This document shows positions 43,207-53,924 of a stretch of DNA of 64,000 nt, piece by piece. Within the stretch, counting starts at the first letter, position 1. Each line of letters opens with the position of its first letter. The notes under the pieces are model-generated. The model saw only the letters and a list, made by a program, of their open reading frames with translations, made no database searches and was not told where the DNA came from. The DNA is from an uncultured Verrucomicrobiae bacterium (GTDB lineage Bacteria > Verrucomicrobiota > Verrucomicrobiia > Limisphaerales > Palsa-1400), in the NCBI GenBank assembly GCA_963707025.1, contig CAVPOM010000011.1, positions 32,001 through 96,000 of the forward strand, read 5' to 3'. A program made the translations under genes and the position numbers.

Positions 43207-44700
43207 TGAGCTGGACCCCTATTTTTAGACCACAGGTAAGTTTCGATTTTTGCCGGTTTGCTGTAGATAAGAAAGAGCAGACTTATGAAAGCAAAACGGA
43301 AAAGACACAGTGCGGCCTTCAAGGCCAAAGTGGGATTCGAAGCCCTGGTGGGGCTGAAGACGGTCGCGCAATTGGCGCGAGAGTATGCGGTGCATCCGGC
43401 GCAGGTCACGCAGTGGCGGGCGACGATTCGGGATCACATGCCCGAATTGTTTGAGCCCGGGCAACCCCGCACGGAGGATCAGGAACAGTTGATTGCCCAA
43501 CTGCATGAGAAGATTGGCCAACTGACGGTGGACTTGGACTGGCTTAAAAAAAAGTCCAGGCAACTGGGGCTTTAACATGTTTAATCGCTCCCGATCCGCA
43601 GCTCAGCGTGCGGCGCCAGTGCGAGCTGCTGGCGGTGTGCCGTGGCAGTTATTATTACCAGTGCTGTCCGGAGACAGAGGAGAACCTGGCGCTGATGCGG
43701 CGGTTGGACCAGATGCATTTGGACCACCCGGTTTATGGCAGCCGCAAACTGACCGTGCTGTTGCGCCGGGAGGGTTTGACCATCAATCGCAAACGGGTGG
43801 TGCGGCTGCTGCGGTTGATGGGGATCGAGGCGATTTACGCCAAGCCCAAGACGAGTCTGCGGGAGATGGGGCACCAGATTTATCCGTATCTGTTACGCAA
43901 TTTGGCAGTGACGGGACCGGATCAGGTTTGGTGTTCGGACATTACGTATGTGCCTATGGCAACTGGGTTTATGTATTTGGTGGCGGTGATGGATTGGTGG
44001 AGTCGTTACGTGCTGGGATGGCGCTTGAGCAACACGTTGGAGGCGGACTTTTGTGTGGACGCTTGGGAGGCGGCGTTGCGGGCGGGGCGTCAGGCGCCGT
44101 TGATTTCCAATACCGACCAGGGATCGCAGTTCACCTCCCCGATGTTTATCGATGCGGTGGAATCGGCGGGGGTGGACGTGAGCATGGACGGACGGGGTCG
44201 CTGGATGGACAACCGGTTTATCGAGCGGCTGTGGCGGAGCGCCAAGTATGAGGACATTTATTTGCAAGACTATGGCGACGGGTTGGCGGCAGGGCGCGGA
44301 CTGGGCCGGTGGTTTGACGGCTACAACCGGGAACGACCGCACCAGGCGTTGGGCTATGCGACGCCGGCGGACGCGTATTTTGATCCCGGCACGCATGGAG
44401 CCCAACCGGCCAAATGGGAAGCGATGCAACCTGCCAGAGGCAGGAGCGATCGCAGCACTTGACAGAGAGGCAGGCGGCAGGAAAAGGCTTGAAATCAGAC
44501 CGCCTGCGGCGGTAGAGTTGAGAACCCTAAGAAAACGGAGAGGGAGGACGGGCAGTGCTCCGCATCGCTCGTTCTCTCTTTTCGAAAGGGTTTTGAAACA
44601 CGGAATGAACAGTAGTCAACTACAATTAGTAATGACAGCAATCGGCAAAAGTCGCGCTTATTTCATGCGCTCCGTGGTCTAAAGGATGGGGTCCACCTCA
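43207..44700 (+). mobile_element. IS3-family insertion sequence, 1494 bp, 4-bp target duplication TTGG
   Basis: Ends TGAGCTGGACCCCTATTTTTAGACCAC / GTGGTCTAAAGGATGGGGTCCACCTCA; TTGG at 43203..43206 and 44701..44704. Confidence 0.95.
43285..44462 (+). CDS. IS3 transposase OrfA (43285..43575) / OrfB, fused by a -1 frameshift
   Basis: OrfA HTH; A8G slippery run 43546..43554; OrfB in the -1 frame with WCSDITY, TDQGSQF, IERLWRS (DDE). Confidence 0.93.
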
Positions 44701-45483
44701 TTGGAGTGAATAAGTGACGGTCGCCGAGTTTCAAAAAATCACCTTGATTTAGCTTGATTGGGCTTGAAGGACCCTGATCGTGAAATCTCGTTTTTACGTG
44801 TAAGATGCACATGGAAAGGCACTTGAGTTGATTTGCCGCAAAAAGGCGCCAATCGCGCCAAGATGCCATGGTTGGGGTGCGGGAATCGTATAGTTCACGG
44901 ATTTGGTCAGGTATGGCATCGTTCTGGGTTGATGGAGTAATGGAGTCCTGCGCTGGCTGTGGCGCGTCGGTCAAAGTTAAAAAATGGTTTGACCGGGCAT
45001 GACCGAGTATGACCGGGCACAATTGGGAAAGCGCCGTGAGGTGCGTAAACGGTTCATGGACAGGCATTTGGATTGATTTGCCGCCAGAAGCCACAAAAGG
45101 CGCACAGCAAGCCGTTGTTTGGGTGGTGGGAACATGGAAAAGGATACGATTAGTCAGCCGCCGCCAGTTGGAAGCAGGGTTGCAACCAAACCAACGAAGA
45201 AAGAACTTCGCTGGCTGCTGTGGAATTCGCAACCTGGGGAATCCCGTCCTGGTCCCGCCGCCGTCCGATGCCACTGTTGCCTTGCCCCTTCTCACTATGC
45301 AATTTTAGCATGTAAAGTCGTGCCGTCAACGGAAAAATGCGGATTTTGGCAAGGACTTGATCATAAGCTGCTTGCGCCGTTTGATCACGGATGGTGAAAA
45401 GGCGGGAGGCGCAGCGCGGAAAGCCGCAACCAAAAAGAAGGTGGAGGCTGTCTCAAGTTCCGGGCTGGCGTGCGGCGCAGATG

Positions 45484-46416
45484 TCAGCGCGCTCCAGCAT
45501 CCGGTTGAGCGACATCGAACTTCAACACGACGTTGGTGTCACCCGCCTTGACTGGCAGCCATGTGCCTGACCTGAGAATGGCGATCTTGTGGCTGCCCGG
45601 AGGGTGTTCAAAGCTGGCGTTGACGAAGAGCGAGCCGTCGCAGACATCGAAGGCGAAATGTCCCGTCGCATCCGATTGGGTGCTGGCGCTGAGTTCCCCG
45701 CAAATCCCCACCCAGGCCGCGGGAACCGGTTTGCCGTCAGAACCGAACACGTGGCCGGCGATTTTGCGGTTCAGCAATTTGAGGACAACGTCCGGGAAAA
45801 CGAATTGGTTGGTTTGAGAATCCCTGGCTTGCAGCGAGACCGTGACCGGGGCGAATCCTGCGGCGCCGCAGCCGCATTGGTAATCGAATCCCTGTGGCAG
45901 AGCTGAAATGGAGAAGGCTCCTTGCCCATCCACCTTGACCGGTTGCGGGCCCAAATTGGAGTAGGAATGAGCCACCACGAAACAGAGATTCACTGAGGCC
46001 GTGCTGACCGGCGATCCCTTCGTATCCTTGAGCAATCCTGACAAGGTGATTCCGGGTTGCAGGTTTAAGTCCATTTTCGCCGGCGTGCCGGTGAATTCTC
46101 CGATGGCGGCAAGGTTCCGTTTGAGATCGCGAGCCAGGATGGCATTGGTCGGGTTGATGGGGCCGTCCCAAGGAACCGCATTGTCGTCTGGAGGGGTCTT
46201 CACGATCAAGTCATATCTCCCGTTTTTATGCGTCCTGGCTTCGGCGTAGGCGGGCGCTGCCGGGTATTGTCCTGGATGGAATGTCACCTCCACGCCTGGG
46301 GCCGGCGCGCCGGAAGGATCGCGCACCGTGCCGGAAATCGTCACGGACCGGTCTGAATCAGCCGGGACCAGTCCGTGGCAGGCCGAGCCGAAAACCAGAG
46401 CCGCCCCCAAAATCAA
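45484..46416 (-). CDS. Exported protein with carboxypeptidase-regulatory-like beta-sandwich repeats
   Basis: Repeated ISGTVRDPSGAP / LSGLLKDTKGSP / IAGHVFGSDGKP. Confidence 0.7.
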   Translation of the reverse strand: MILGAALVFGSACHGLVPADSDRSVTISGTVRDPSGAPAPGVEVTFHPGQYPAAPAYAEARTHKNGRYDLIVKTPPDDNAVPWDGPINPTNAILARDLKRNLAAIGEFTGTPAKMDLNLQPGITLSGLLKDTKGSPVSTASVNLCFVVAHSYSNLGPQPVKVDGQGAFSISALPQGFDYQCGCGAAGFAPVTVSLQARDSQTNQFVFPDVVLKLLNRKIAGHVFGSDGKPVPAAWVGICGELSASTQSDATGHFAFDVCDGSLFVNASFEHPPGSHKIAILRSGTWLPVKAGDTNVVLKFDVAQPDAGAR

Positions 46417-46798
46417 ACCGCATTTCTGAAATCTTTTCGCAAGGCCTCCGAGGTTGAAAATTCAGTTCGCAGGATGTTCACTCATTATGACACCGAACGC
46501 TACCATTCATTTGACGGAAAAGAAGAATTTTCGCCCGCGCCCTTCCAAGCGCCTCCCAAAAAGTTGCGGCAGCGGCGGGAAGCACCTCTGCCCGACCAGT
46601 CCAAGGCAGGAGCATTGCATTGCCAAGGCAAGGGGTGTAAAGAAAACAGGTAATGGGTCAGTCATGGAGGGTAGGGCGAGATTCCGTCGAGCCGAAATTC
46701 GATTTCTCGGGAAGAAGTCACGGCTCGACGGAGTCTCGCCCCACCGTCCCAGACGCCTTACGAAAACAGGAAACCGGCCGGAGCCGGAATTGACAGAT

Positions 46799-47686
46799 AT
46801 GACTATGCCGTTGACCGGGGTATTGGCGAAATGGACGCGCCGGGAAATGATCGGACGCACCACACAGTTGGCGGCAACGCTGGCCTTCGGTTCCGCCCTG
46901 GCCCCCTTGCTGGCCGCGCCGGGCGGACGCGGCTTCAAAATCGGCGCACCCGAATGGTCTTTGCGGAAGACCGACCCTTCCTGCTTCGAGGTGGCGCGCG
47001 ACATTGGCCTGGACGGGGTGCAGGTCAACCTCGGCAGCGCGGGCGACCAGATGCACCTGCGCCAGCCCGCCGTGCAGCAGGCTTATTTGGCCGCCGCCCG
47101 CCAGAACGGATTGGAGATCGCCTCGCTGGCCCTGGCGGAATTGAACAATATCCCGCTCAAGAGCGATCCGCGCGCGGCCATTTGGCTGCTGGATTCCCTG
47201 GCGGTGGCGCAGGCGCTGGGCGTCAAGGTGATCCTGGTCGCGCAGTTTTTCCACGGCGAACTCAAGGGTGACAAAGAGGGGACGGATCGCACGGTGGGAT
47301 TGCTCAAGGAACTGGCGCCTCGCGCCGAGAAAGCGGGCGCGATTCTTGGCCTGGAGAACTATCTCAGCGCGCCGGAGAATCTGGATATCATCCAGCGCGC
47401 CGGCTCGCCGGCGGTGCAGGTTTATTATGACGTGGGCAATTCCACCGACAAGGGCTACGACATATACCAGGAGATCCGCCTGCTCAAGGACCGCGTCTGC
47501 GAATTCCACGCCAAGGATGGAAACTTCATGCTCGGCCAGGGACGGATTGACTTTCACAAAGTCCGGCAGGCGATGGATGAGATCAATTACCGGGGCTGGA
47601 TTCAGATTGAGGCCGCCGCGCCGCACGCGCTGGTGGAGGATTACCGCGCGGACTTGAAATTCCTCAAGGGCATATTCCCTGCTTGA
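46799..47686 (+). CDS. Tat-exported sugar phosphate isomerase/epimerase (AP_endonuc_2)
   Basis: TRREMI Tat-like motif, GLEN, YYDVGNS, FHAKD, IE; start codon uncertain. Confidence 0.8.
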   Translation: MTMPLTGVLAKWTRREMIGRTTQLAATLAFGSALAPLLAAPGGRGFKIGAPEWSLRKTDPSCFEVARDIGLDGVQVNLGSAGDQMHLRQPAVQQAYLAAARQNGLEIASLALAELNNIPLKSDPRAAIWLLDSLAVAQALGVKVILVAQFFHGELKGDKEGTDRTVGLLKELAPRAEKAGAILGLENYLSAPENLDIIQRAGSPAVQVYYDVGNSTDKGYDIYQEIRLLKDRVCEFHAKDGNFMLGQGRIDFHKVRQAMDEINYRGWIQIEAAAPHALVEDYRADLKFLKGIFPA

Positions 47687-47765
47687 ACCGGGGTGAAAGC
47701 GGTCTATGCTCTGCTTGAATCAGCCCGGAGAAATTGAACTGGTGATACCGCAACCTGGCAAATCT

Positions 47766-49007
47766 ATGATCCACGAAACATCGAAACCGTTCCAAGCCTC
47801 CCCTTTCACGCGCCGGCAGTTCCTGGCCACGGCCGGGGCTTCGGCCTTGTCTCTCGCGGTCGCGCCCGCGGGTTTGGCCCAGGGCGCCGGGAGCGATTCC
47901 CGCATCAACATTGGCCTGATTGGCTGCGGCGGCCGCGGTGTGTGGATCGCCGATCTTTTCCTGAAAAACGGCCATTACAACCTGGCGGCGGTGGCGGACT
48001 ATTTCCCGGACAAGGCGGAGGCGGCGGGAGAAAAGTACCAGGTGGACAAGGCGCGCCGCTTCACCGGGCTTGCCGCTTACAAGCGCCTGCTCGAACAGAA
48101 GTTGGACGCGGTGGTGATTGAGTCGCCGCCTTACTTCCACCCGGAGCAGGCGGCGGCGGCCATCGAGGCGGGCAAGCAGGTCTATTGCGCCAAGCCCATC
48201 GCGGTGGACGCGCCCGGCTGCCAGACGATGGCGGAGAGCGGGCGCAAAGCGACGGAGAAGAAACTGGTTTTCCTGGTGGACTTTCAGACCCGCGCCCACC
48301 CGTTCTATCAGGAGGCGGTGCGGGTGGTGCGGGCGGGCCGGATTGGCCGGATTGTCTCCGGCGAGGCCGCCTACCAAACCGGCGATGTCTGGAGCCGCAT
48401 GGACGCGGTGATCCGGAACAATCCGAACAACGACGAGGCCCGGCTGCGCGCCTGGGGCGCGGACCGCACCCTGTCCGGCGACATCATCACCGAGCAGAAC
48501 ATCCACGCCCTGGACGTGGCGTCGTGGATAATGGATGCCGCGCCCCTGCGCGCCTGGGGCGCCGGAGGACGGACCCGCGCGCCGGTGCCGAACGGGGTAT
48601 GGGACAATTTTTCGGTGGTCTTTGACTATCCCAACGACGTGCGGCTGACCTTCAGTTCCAAACAGGCCGGCAAGGGCTGGGAGGACATCCAATGCCGCGT
48701 CTATGGCATGGAAGGCGTGATTGACACGCATTATTTCGGCGTGGTCAAGGTGGTGTGCGACGAGCCTTACAACGGCGGCACCCTGGCCAATCTTTACACC
48801 GATGGTGTTGTCAATAATATCGCCACTTTCCACAAGGCCATCACCACGGGTGATTTTTCCAATGGAACCGTCGCGCCCAGCGTGCGCAGCAACCTGACCA
48901 CCATCCTCGGCCGCACCGCCGCCTACCGGCGCGCCGAGGTGACCTGGGACGAAATGATCAAGACGAACGAGAAATGGGAGGCCGGCTTCAAAGGGCTGAA
49001 AGGCTAG
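47766..49007 (+). CDS. Tat-exported Gfo/Idh/MocA oxidoreductase
   Basis: TRRQFL, GLIGCGGRG, AKPIAVD, EQNIHALD. Confidence 0.88.
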   Translation: MIHETSKPFQASPFTRRQFLATAGASALSLAVAPAGLAQGAGSDSRINIGLIGCGGRGVWIADLFLKNGHYNLAAVADYFPDKAEAAGEKYQVDKARRFTGLAAYKRLLEQKLDAVVIESPPYFHPEQAAAAIEAGKQVYCAKPIAVDAPGCQTMAESGRKATEKKLVFLVDFQTRAHPFYQEAVRVVRAGRIGRIVSGEAAYQTGDVWSRMDAVIRNNPNNDEARLRAWGADRTLSGDIITEQNIHALDVASWIMDAAPLRAWGAGGRTRAPVPNGVWDNFSVVFDYPNDVRLTFSSKQAGKGWEDIQCRVYGMEGVIDTHYFGVVKVVCDEPYNGGTLANLYTDGVVNNIATFHKAITTGDFSNGTVAPSVRSNLTTILGRTAAYRRAEVTWDEMIKTNEKWEAGFKGLKG

Positions 49008-49291
49008 AGCAGTTTAATTAAAACTGCAGCCGTACGCGGCAAACCAGTTCATCGCCTCCTGACAAGGCGTTCCGGCTCCAGTCTCATTGGAAACGCTTGA
49101 ATCTTTTTTCTCGACAGATTCGAGTCCCTCGCTAAAATGAGACTACCACGCATTGAGTATTCAGCAATGCGTGGTAGTCTCATTTTCAAAGTGATTAGAG
49201 CAGTTTAAGGACTATTTTAATTACAGCAGGCAAACCAGTTCATCGCATCCCGGTCAGGTGCCCTGGCTACAGTTTTATTGAAAATGCTCTA
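49005..49291. repeat. Two tandem TAGAGC...GCTCTA MITE-like units around a perfect 22-bp inverted repeat (49134..49186)
   Basis: Units 49005..~49100 and 49196..49291 share GGCAAACCAGTTCATCGC; related unit at 62167..62300. Confidence 0.75.
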
Positions 49292-49297
49292 AACGGG

Positions 49298-52108
49298 TCA
49301 CTTCAGCAACTGGCGAACCTGGGCGGAAGTGATTTCGGTTTTCGGATGGAAGGAAGGGCCGGCCATGTAGTCCAGCAGGGTTTGCCGCATCTGCCGGCCC
49401 ACCGGATCATCGCTCAAATCGCCGGTCAGATCGAAACCGCAGACGACGATTCCGCCCTGGCCAATCCTGGCTTCGATGACCAGGCCGAGGGGTCGGCCCG
49501 TCACCCAGTCGTCAATGATCCGCACAATCGGGTCGAGGCCTTTGGGCAAAACATCCAGCCGGAGCGCGCCCGCGCGGTGGAGCAGGTACCACCATTGCCA
49601 GTTGGCGCAGGATTCGGTTGGAAATTCAGCCAGGGCCGGATGCCGCGGCTGGCAAAGGATGCCCAGGGTGGTCGGCGGCTGGCGCCGGGTCCAGGCGGTG
49701 TTCCAGAAGATGCTGGAAAAGCCCACCGCCACCGGCGCGCGCTCAAAGTTGCGGATGGCCGCCGGGGCCAACGTCAACAATACTTTTCCGCCGGCTTGCA
49801 ACCGCTGCTCCGCCGCTTCATCGAAACGCGACGTCACCAGCGCGCCGTCCGGCGCGGCTGCCGTCGCCGGCGCGGGATAAATCCAGACATCCCAATCGTT
49901 TTCCGCGAGCCTTGAGCCATTGGCCGCGTTGTGGATGGTCACCACCAATTTGTAACGCGCGGGCGCCTTGGCGTTTTGCAAATCCACCCGCACCGTGCCG
50001 AGCGCGGCGCCGTTGTCCACGGGGATTTCCCCGGCCGGGAATTTGCCGGTGGCGAAGGCCGGGCGGTTGTCGGGGAGGAGTTTCCAGGAGGCGGCCGCAT
50101 TTTTCAGCGGGGCGGGGCCGAAATGAGCGGCCTCCACCGTCGCGGCGAGCGTTTCGGCGGTGGTGAAAACGCGTTTGTCCAGGCGGGCGAGAGGGACGGT
50201 GGCGTTGCAGAAACGGCTGTACTGGCTGGCGGTGACATAGCCTTTATCATGCCAAAAGGGATCGAGCACGCCGACCAGCGCCGTGCCCTGGCCGGGGAAA
50301 TCGTGCAGGTCCAGCAATTCAAAGCCGCCCATGCCCGGGGTGCGCAAGGCGGACTCGATGTCTTCCTTGTAGCAGAGGGTTTGCAATTTGCCGGAGGCCA
50401 GCAAGAACGGTCTGGCCAGGCTGCCCAGGCCTGCGGCCCGGAGGCGGTCGCGGAAAATCTCGAAATTTTTCGGCTTGAGATAGCCGGTGTATTGCGGGAT
50501 TTCGTCAAAATTGGGATAGACGCACCACTGGCCGATTTCGTGGCTGATGACCGGCACCTGGCGCGCGGAAATGAAGGAGCGGTAATCGGTCGTGGTTTCC
50601 GGCGGCCTGGAGTTGATGCGGGAGCGCAGGCCCTGGCCCCACTGTTGGATGCGCGGGCCGGGGGTGACATCGAACTGGTTTTCGGCAAGTTCCGGCCAGC
50701 CCGAACCGCTGGTCCAGAGCCGGCGCGGGTCGAGCGCCTTGAAATGGGAGACGTATTGGGCGAGCCAGGCGGTGGCGTTCCGGCCGCCCGGTTCGTTGCC
50801 GTAGGGCATGAGCATGAAGGAGGGATGGTTGCCGTAATACCGCAAGATGCGTGCGGTCTCGTCATAAACCCATTGGTCCACCGGCCGGCCGTCGCCCAGC
50901 CCCGTGGCTCCATTGGCCCAGCAGGTCTCGACCTGCAAATACATGCCGAGCTGGTCCGCCGCCGCGAAGGCCGCTTCCGGCGGACAATAGGAATGGAAGC
51001 GCAGCAAATTCAGTCCGTAAGATTTGGCCGCGCCGATAATGCGTTTCCATTCCGCCACTTCCGTGGGCGGATGGCCGGTTTTTGGGAAAATGCAGCATTC
51101 CAGGGTGCCGCGGAAAAAAATCTTGCGGCCGTTGAGGACGAACTGGGTGCCGCTGGCGGAGAAATCGCGCAGGCCAAAGGTGACGGACCTGGTGTCGTTG
51201 CCATTCAAGGTGACCTCCAGGCGGTGCAGCGCCGGGGAGAATTCATCCCAGGGTTGGGCGCCCGGGCCGAGGTTGAATTCGGTTTCAAACGAACCGCCGC
51301 CGGTTTCCCAAGCGACCTCCAATTGGGTTTTTTGGCCGTGGCCGGCGAGTTGAACCTGGCCGCGGCCGGCCTGCCCGGTGGCGTTGCCAATTTTTCCTTT
51401 GACTGTCACGGACTTGGCCGCCAGGCGCGGATAGACCTGCAAGTCCTCAATCCACACCAAGGGCGTGGCGCGCAATTGGATGGCGCCGGCGATGCCGTTC
51501 CAGTTGCCCTGGGTGTGATCGCTGACGGCGTGCGAATTGGCGCCGATATTGACGATCATCCGGTTGTCCACGCGAATGGTCAGGGTGTGGGAGCCGGGAG
51601 CCAGGCGGCCCAGGTCATATTCATGCGGTGTGGCAAGGCTGGCGTTGGAACCGGCCAGCCTGCCGTCGAGCCAGACGCGCGTTTCCCAGTGCGGCCTTTC
51701 CAGGGCAAGCACAACGCGGTTGGCCTCCCAATCTTTTGGAATGGCGATGTCCCGCTGGAACCAGGCCGCGCCCGCGTAGTATTTTTCCGGCTGAAGCCAG
51801 AAGGGGATTTTCACATTGCCCGGCTGGCGATAAGCCGCGAACTCCGGCGCGGTGAACCACGACCGGTCCACAATGTCGCCCATCCAGCGTGTGTTGGTGG
51901 AGATGTCGTCACCGATGCCCTGCGCCGGCAGCGAGCCGGGCAGATTGATTTGGCCGTTTAATTTGCTGGCGAACCAGCTTTCCGTGATTCCGGCATCCGC
52001 GCGATCCAATTGAAAACGCCACCGGCAGGCCAGGGAAATGGAGGGCGCCGGTTTGGCCCAGGCGCCGGCCGCGGCCAGCGCCAGAAAAAGGATGGTCAGC
52101 CGTCTCAT
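49298..52108 (-). CDS. Glycoside hydrolase family 2-like exported protein
   Basis: LERPHWET, HTQGNWNG, WDEFSP, RFHSYCPP, NHPSF..GNE, HEIGQW. Confidence 0.8.
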   Translation of the reverse strand: MRRLTILFLALAAAGAWAKPAPSISLACRWRFQLDRADAGITESWFASKLNGQINLPGSLPAQGIGDDISTNTRWMGDIVDRSWFTAPEFAAYRQPGNVKIPFWLQPEKYYAGAAWFQRDIAIPKDWEANRVVLALERPHWETRVWLDGRLAGSNASLATPHEYDLGRLAPGSHTLTIRVDNRMIVNIGANSHAVSDHTQGNWNGIAGAIQLRATPLVWIEDLQVYPRLAAKSVTVKGKIGNATGQAGRGQVQLAGHGQKTQLEVAWETGGGSFETEFNLGPGAQPWDEFSPALHRLEVTLNGNDTRSVTFGLRDFSASGTQFVLNGRKIFFRGTLECCIFPKTGHPPTEVAEWKRIIGAAKSYGLNLLRFHSYCPPEAAFAAADQLGMYLQVETCWANGATGLGDGRPVDQWVYDETARILRYYGNHPSFMLMPYGNEPGGRNATAWLAQYVSHFKALDPRRLWTSGSGWPELAENQFDVTPGPRIQQWGQGLRSRINSRPPETTTDYRSFISARQVPVISHEIGQWCVYPNFDEIPQYTGYLKPKNFEIFRDRLRAAGLGSLARPFLLASGKLQTLCYKEDIESALRTPGMGGFELLDLHDFPGQGTALVGVLDPFWHDKGYVTASQYSRFCNATVPLARLDKRVFTTAETLAATVEAAHFGPAPLKNAAASWKLLPDNRPAFATGKFPAGEIPVDNGAALGTVRVDLQNAKAPARYKLVVTIHNAANGSRLAENDWDVWIYPAPATAAAPDGALVTSRFDEAAEQRLQAGGKVLLTLAPAAIRNFERAPVAVGFSSIFWNTAWTRRQPPTTLGILCQPRHPALAEFPTESCANWQWWYLLHRAGALRLDVLPKGLDPIVRIIDDWVTGRPLGLVIEARIGQGGIVVCGFDLTGDLSDDPVGRQMRQTLLDYMAGPSFHPKTEITSAQVRQLLK

Positions 52109-52163
52109 AGGATGCAGGTTACTGTGCTTCTGATGCATTGTTCATTTCAAACAGCGCGCCGGC

Positions 52164-53747
52164 TCATGGGCGCGGCGCCGGCAGCGCGCCGGTCAAACGC
52201 GCCAGGCGCGGGGACGCGGCCATTTCGTTCCCGTCCGCCAACACGCGCAAGCCTTTGCCTTTCCCGTAGTGTTCGCCGGACTGGTCGTAGAGGACCGTCA
52301 GGATGTGACCGTGATAGGCAACGTTGTCCAGGCAGAAATAATCCCACGTTCCTTCCGGCACGAGCGGGTTGACTTCCACCAGGTTGTCGGCGCGGGGACG
52401 CAGCCCGGCCAGGCCGGTGATAATCAGGTCGCAGAAGGTGGAATGGTTGTAATCCTTGCCGCGCTCGTAAATTTGGTTCCCTGCTGTTTTCATGACCGTG
52501 CGGGCGATCCAGTCGCCGGTGAGCGGATTCAAATCTTCATCAATCCACGGCACGACCTTGCCGTCGTCGCGCCGGAGATGCTGCGACTTGGCGTAAATTT
52601 GCAGCAGGCCTAAATAATCGCGCCGGCTGACGGCGTTCTGCTGGTAGTGGTTGAGCAGGTTGGCCATCGCGGTCAACGTGACCAACGTCGCGAAGGGCCA
52701 GCTTGGCCCGTTCCATTGGCACTCGTGTCCCTGATAGGCCAGCCGGAATTTCGGGCTGCGCCGCTCGGCGGTGGTTGGCCCGAAAGGCGCGTAAAAGCCG
52801 TTCGTGTCCATGAGTTGCAGCCAGGCGGCTTCGTAGCCGGGGCCGGGCAAATTAACATACCACGGCGTGTAGCCGTGCAACTCGCGCACGCCCACCAGCG
52901 CCGCGCCGGGCAGGCGGTTCGGAAGGGTCTCGAAGAATTGCTGGTCCGCGTTCCACAACTTTTCCTGGACGAGCTGCTTGATCTGCGCAGCCTTGGCGCG
53001 GAATTCCGCCGCGGCGTCATTCTTGCCCAGGAGGTCCGCCGTGCTGGCCAGGGCCAGCGCGTCGGCAAACATATAGCTGTTGATGGTGGGCCGGTAACCG
53101 CTGCCGCCGATGGACATCTCCATGCCGTCGCGGTCGTCCACCTGCCAGAACAAACCGTTGGTGCCGCGGTGGCTTTTCTCCCACTCGCCATAGTTGGCCA
53201 CGAGGTCGGGGAACAATTCCTTCACCTCCGCCGCGTTGCCGGTGACCAGAAGGCGGTTCCATAACGCATCGGCGATCCAGAAACTGTAACTGCGCGCGCT
53301 CCCGCCTTTGCGCAGCCAGAAGGCCGCGTAGTCGTCCAGATATTTCGGGTCGTGCAGCCAGCGTCCCTCGTAGAAGTGGAGGGCCGCCGCGCAGTTGATG
53401 GTATTGTCCTTGCCGGCCCACGGCACGTCGGGCAGGAATTCGGTGACGACAAACCCATCGGGCGTTTGCCGGAGGTGCTTGCGGTAAGTCCACCAGCGAA
53501 AGTAATAAATCTCCTCCAGCGAGTTGTCCGGGCACTCGAAGAGCGGAATGTTGTCCCGCAGAAACCGCCAGGCGTTGGTGTTGCGGATGGCGGCGGGCCA
53601 GACCTCTTCATCGCCGGCGTTGAAGCTGTCAATATAATGTTGGAAGCTCTCCGCCTTGAGGACGGCCTGGGCGGCGGCGGCCCCGGGCCGGAGCAGCGCC
53701 AGCGTCAGGCAGCAGGCGATGGCGAAGGCCGCCGAAGCTCGTTTCAT
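52164..53747 (-). CDS. MGH1/GH63-like (alpha/alpha)6 glycoside hydrolase
   Basis: YYFRWW, EGRW, DGME, RPTINSY, WNGPSWP, DYNHSTF. Confidence 0.75.
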   Translation of the reverse strand: MKRASAAFAIACCLTLALLRPGAAAAQAVLKAESFQHYIDSFNAGDEEVWPAAIRNTNAWRFLRDNIPLFECPDNSLEEIYYFRWWTYRKHLRQTPDGFVVTEFLPDVPWAGKDNTINCAAALHFYEGRWLHDPKYLDDYAAFWLRKGGSARSYSFWIADALWNRLLVTGNAAEVKELFPDLVANYGEWEKSHRGTNGLFWQVDDRDGMEMSIGGSGYRPTINSYMFADALALASTADLLGKNDAAAEFRAKAAQIKQLVQEKLWNADQQFFETLPNRLPGAALVGVRELHGYTPWYVNLPGPGYEAAWLQLMDTNGFYAPFGPTTAERRSPKFRLAYQGHECQWNGPSWPFATLVTLTAMANLLNHYQQNAVSRRDYLGLLQIYAKSQHLRRDDGKVVPWIDEDLNPLTGDWIARTVMKTAGNQIYERGKDYNHSTFCDLIITGLAGLRPRADNLVEVNPLVPEGTWDYFCLDNVAYHGHILTVLYDQSGEHYGKGKGLRVLADGNEMAASPRLARLTGALPAPRP

Positions 53748-53924
53748 GATGCGTGACCATTATCCGACTCGTCGCGCAAACTCAAGACCAATGGCAACCG
53801 GTCCGTCTCAGGTGGGCCTGGCCGGCAGGGAGGTTTTGCGGCGTTCGTGAGCGATTCTCGCTTTTCAAATTCCCGTAGGCTGGTAAATTCCACCTTATGA
53901 GAGCGTGCGTCACTCAGGTACTTT

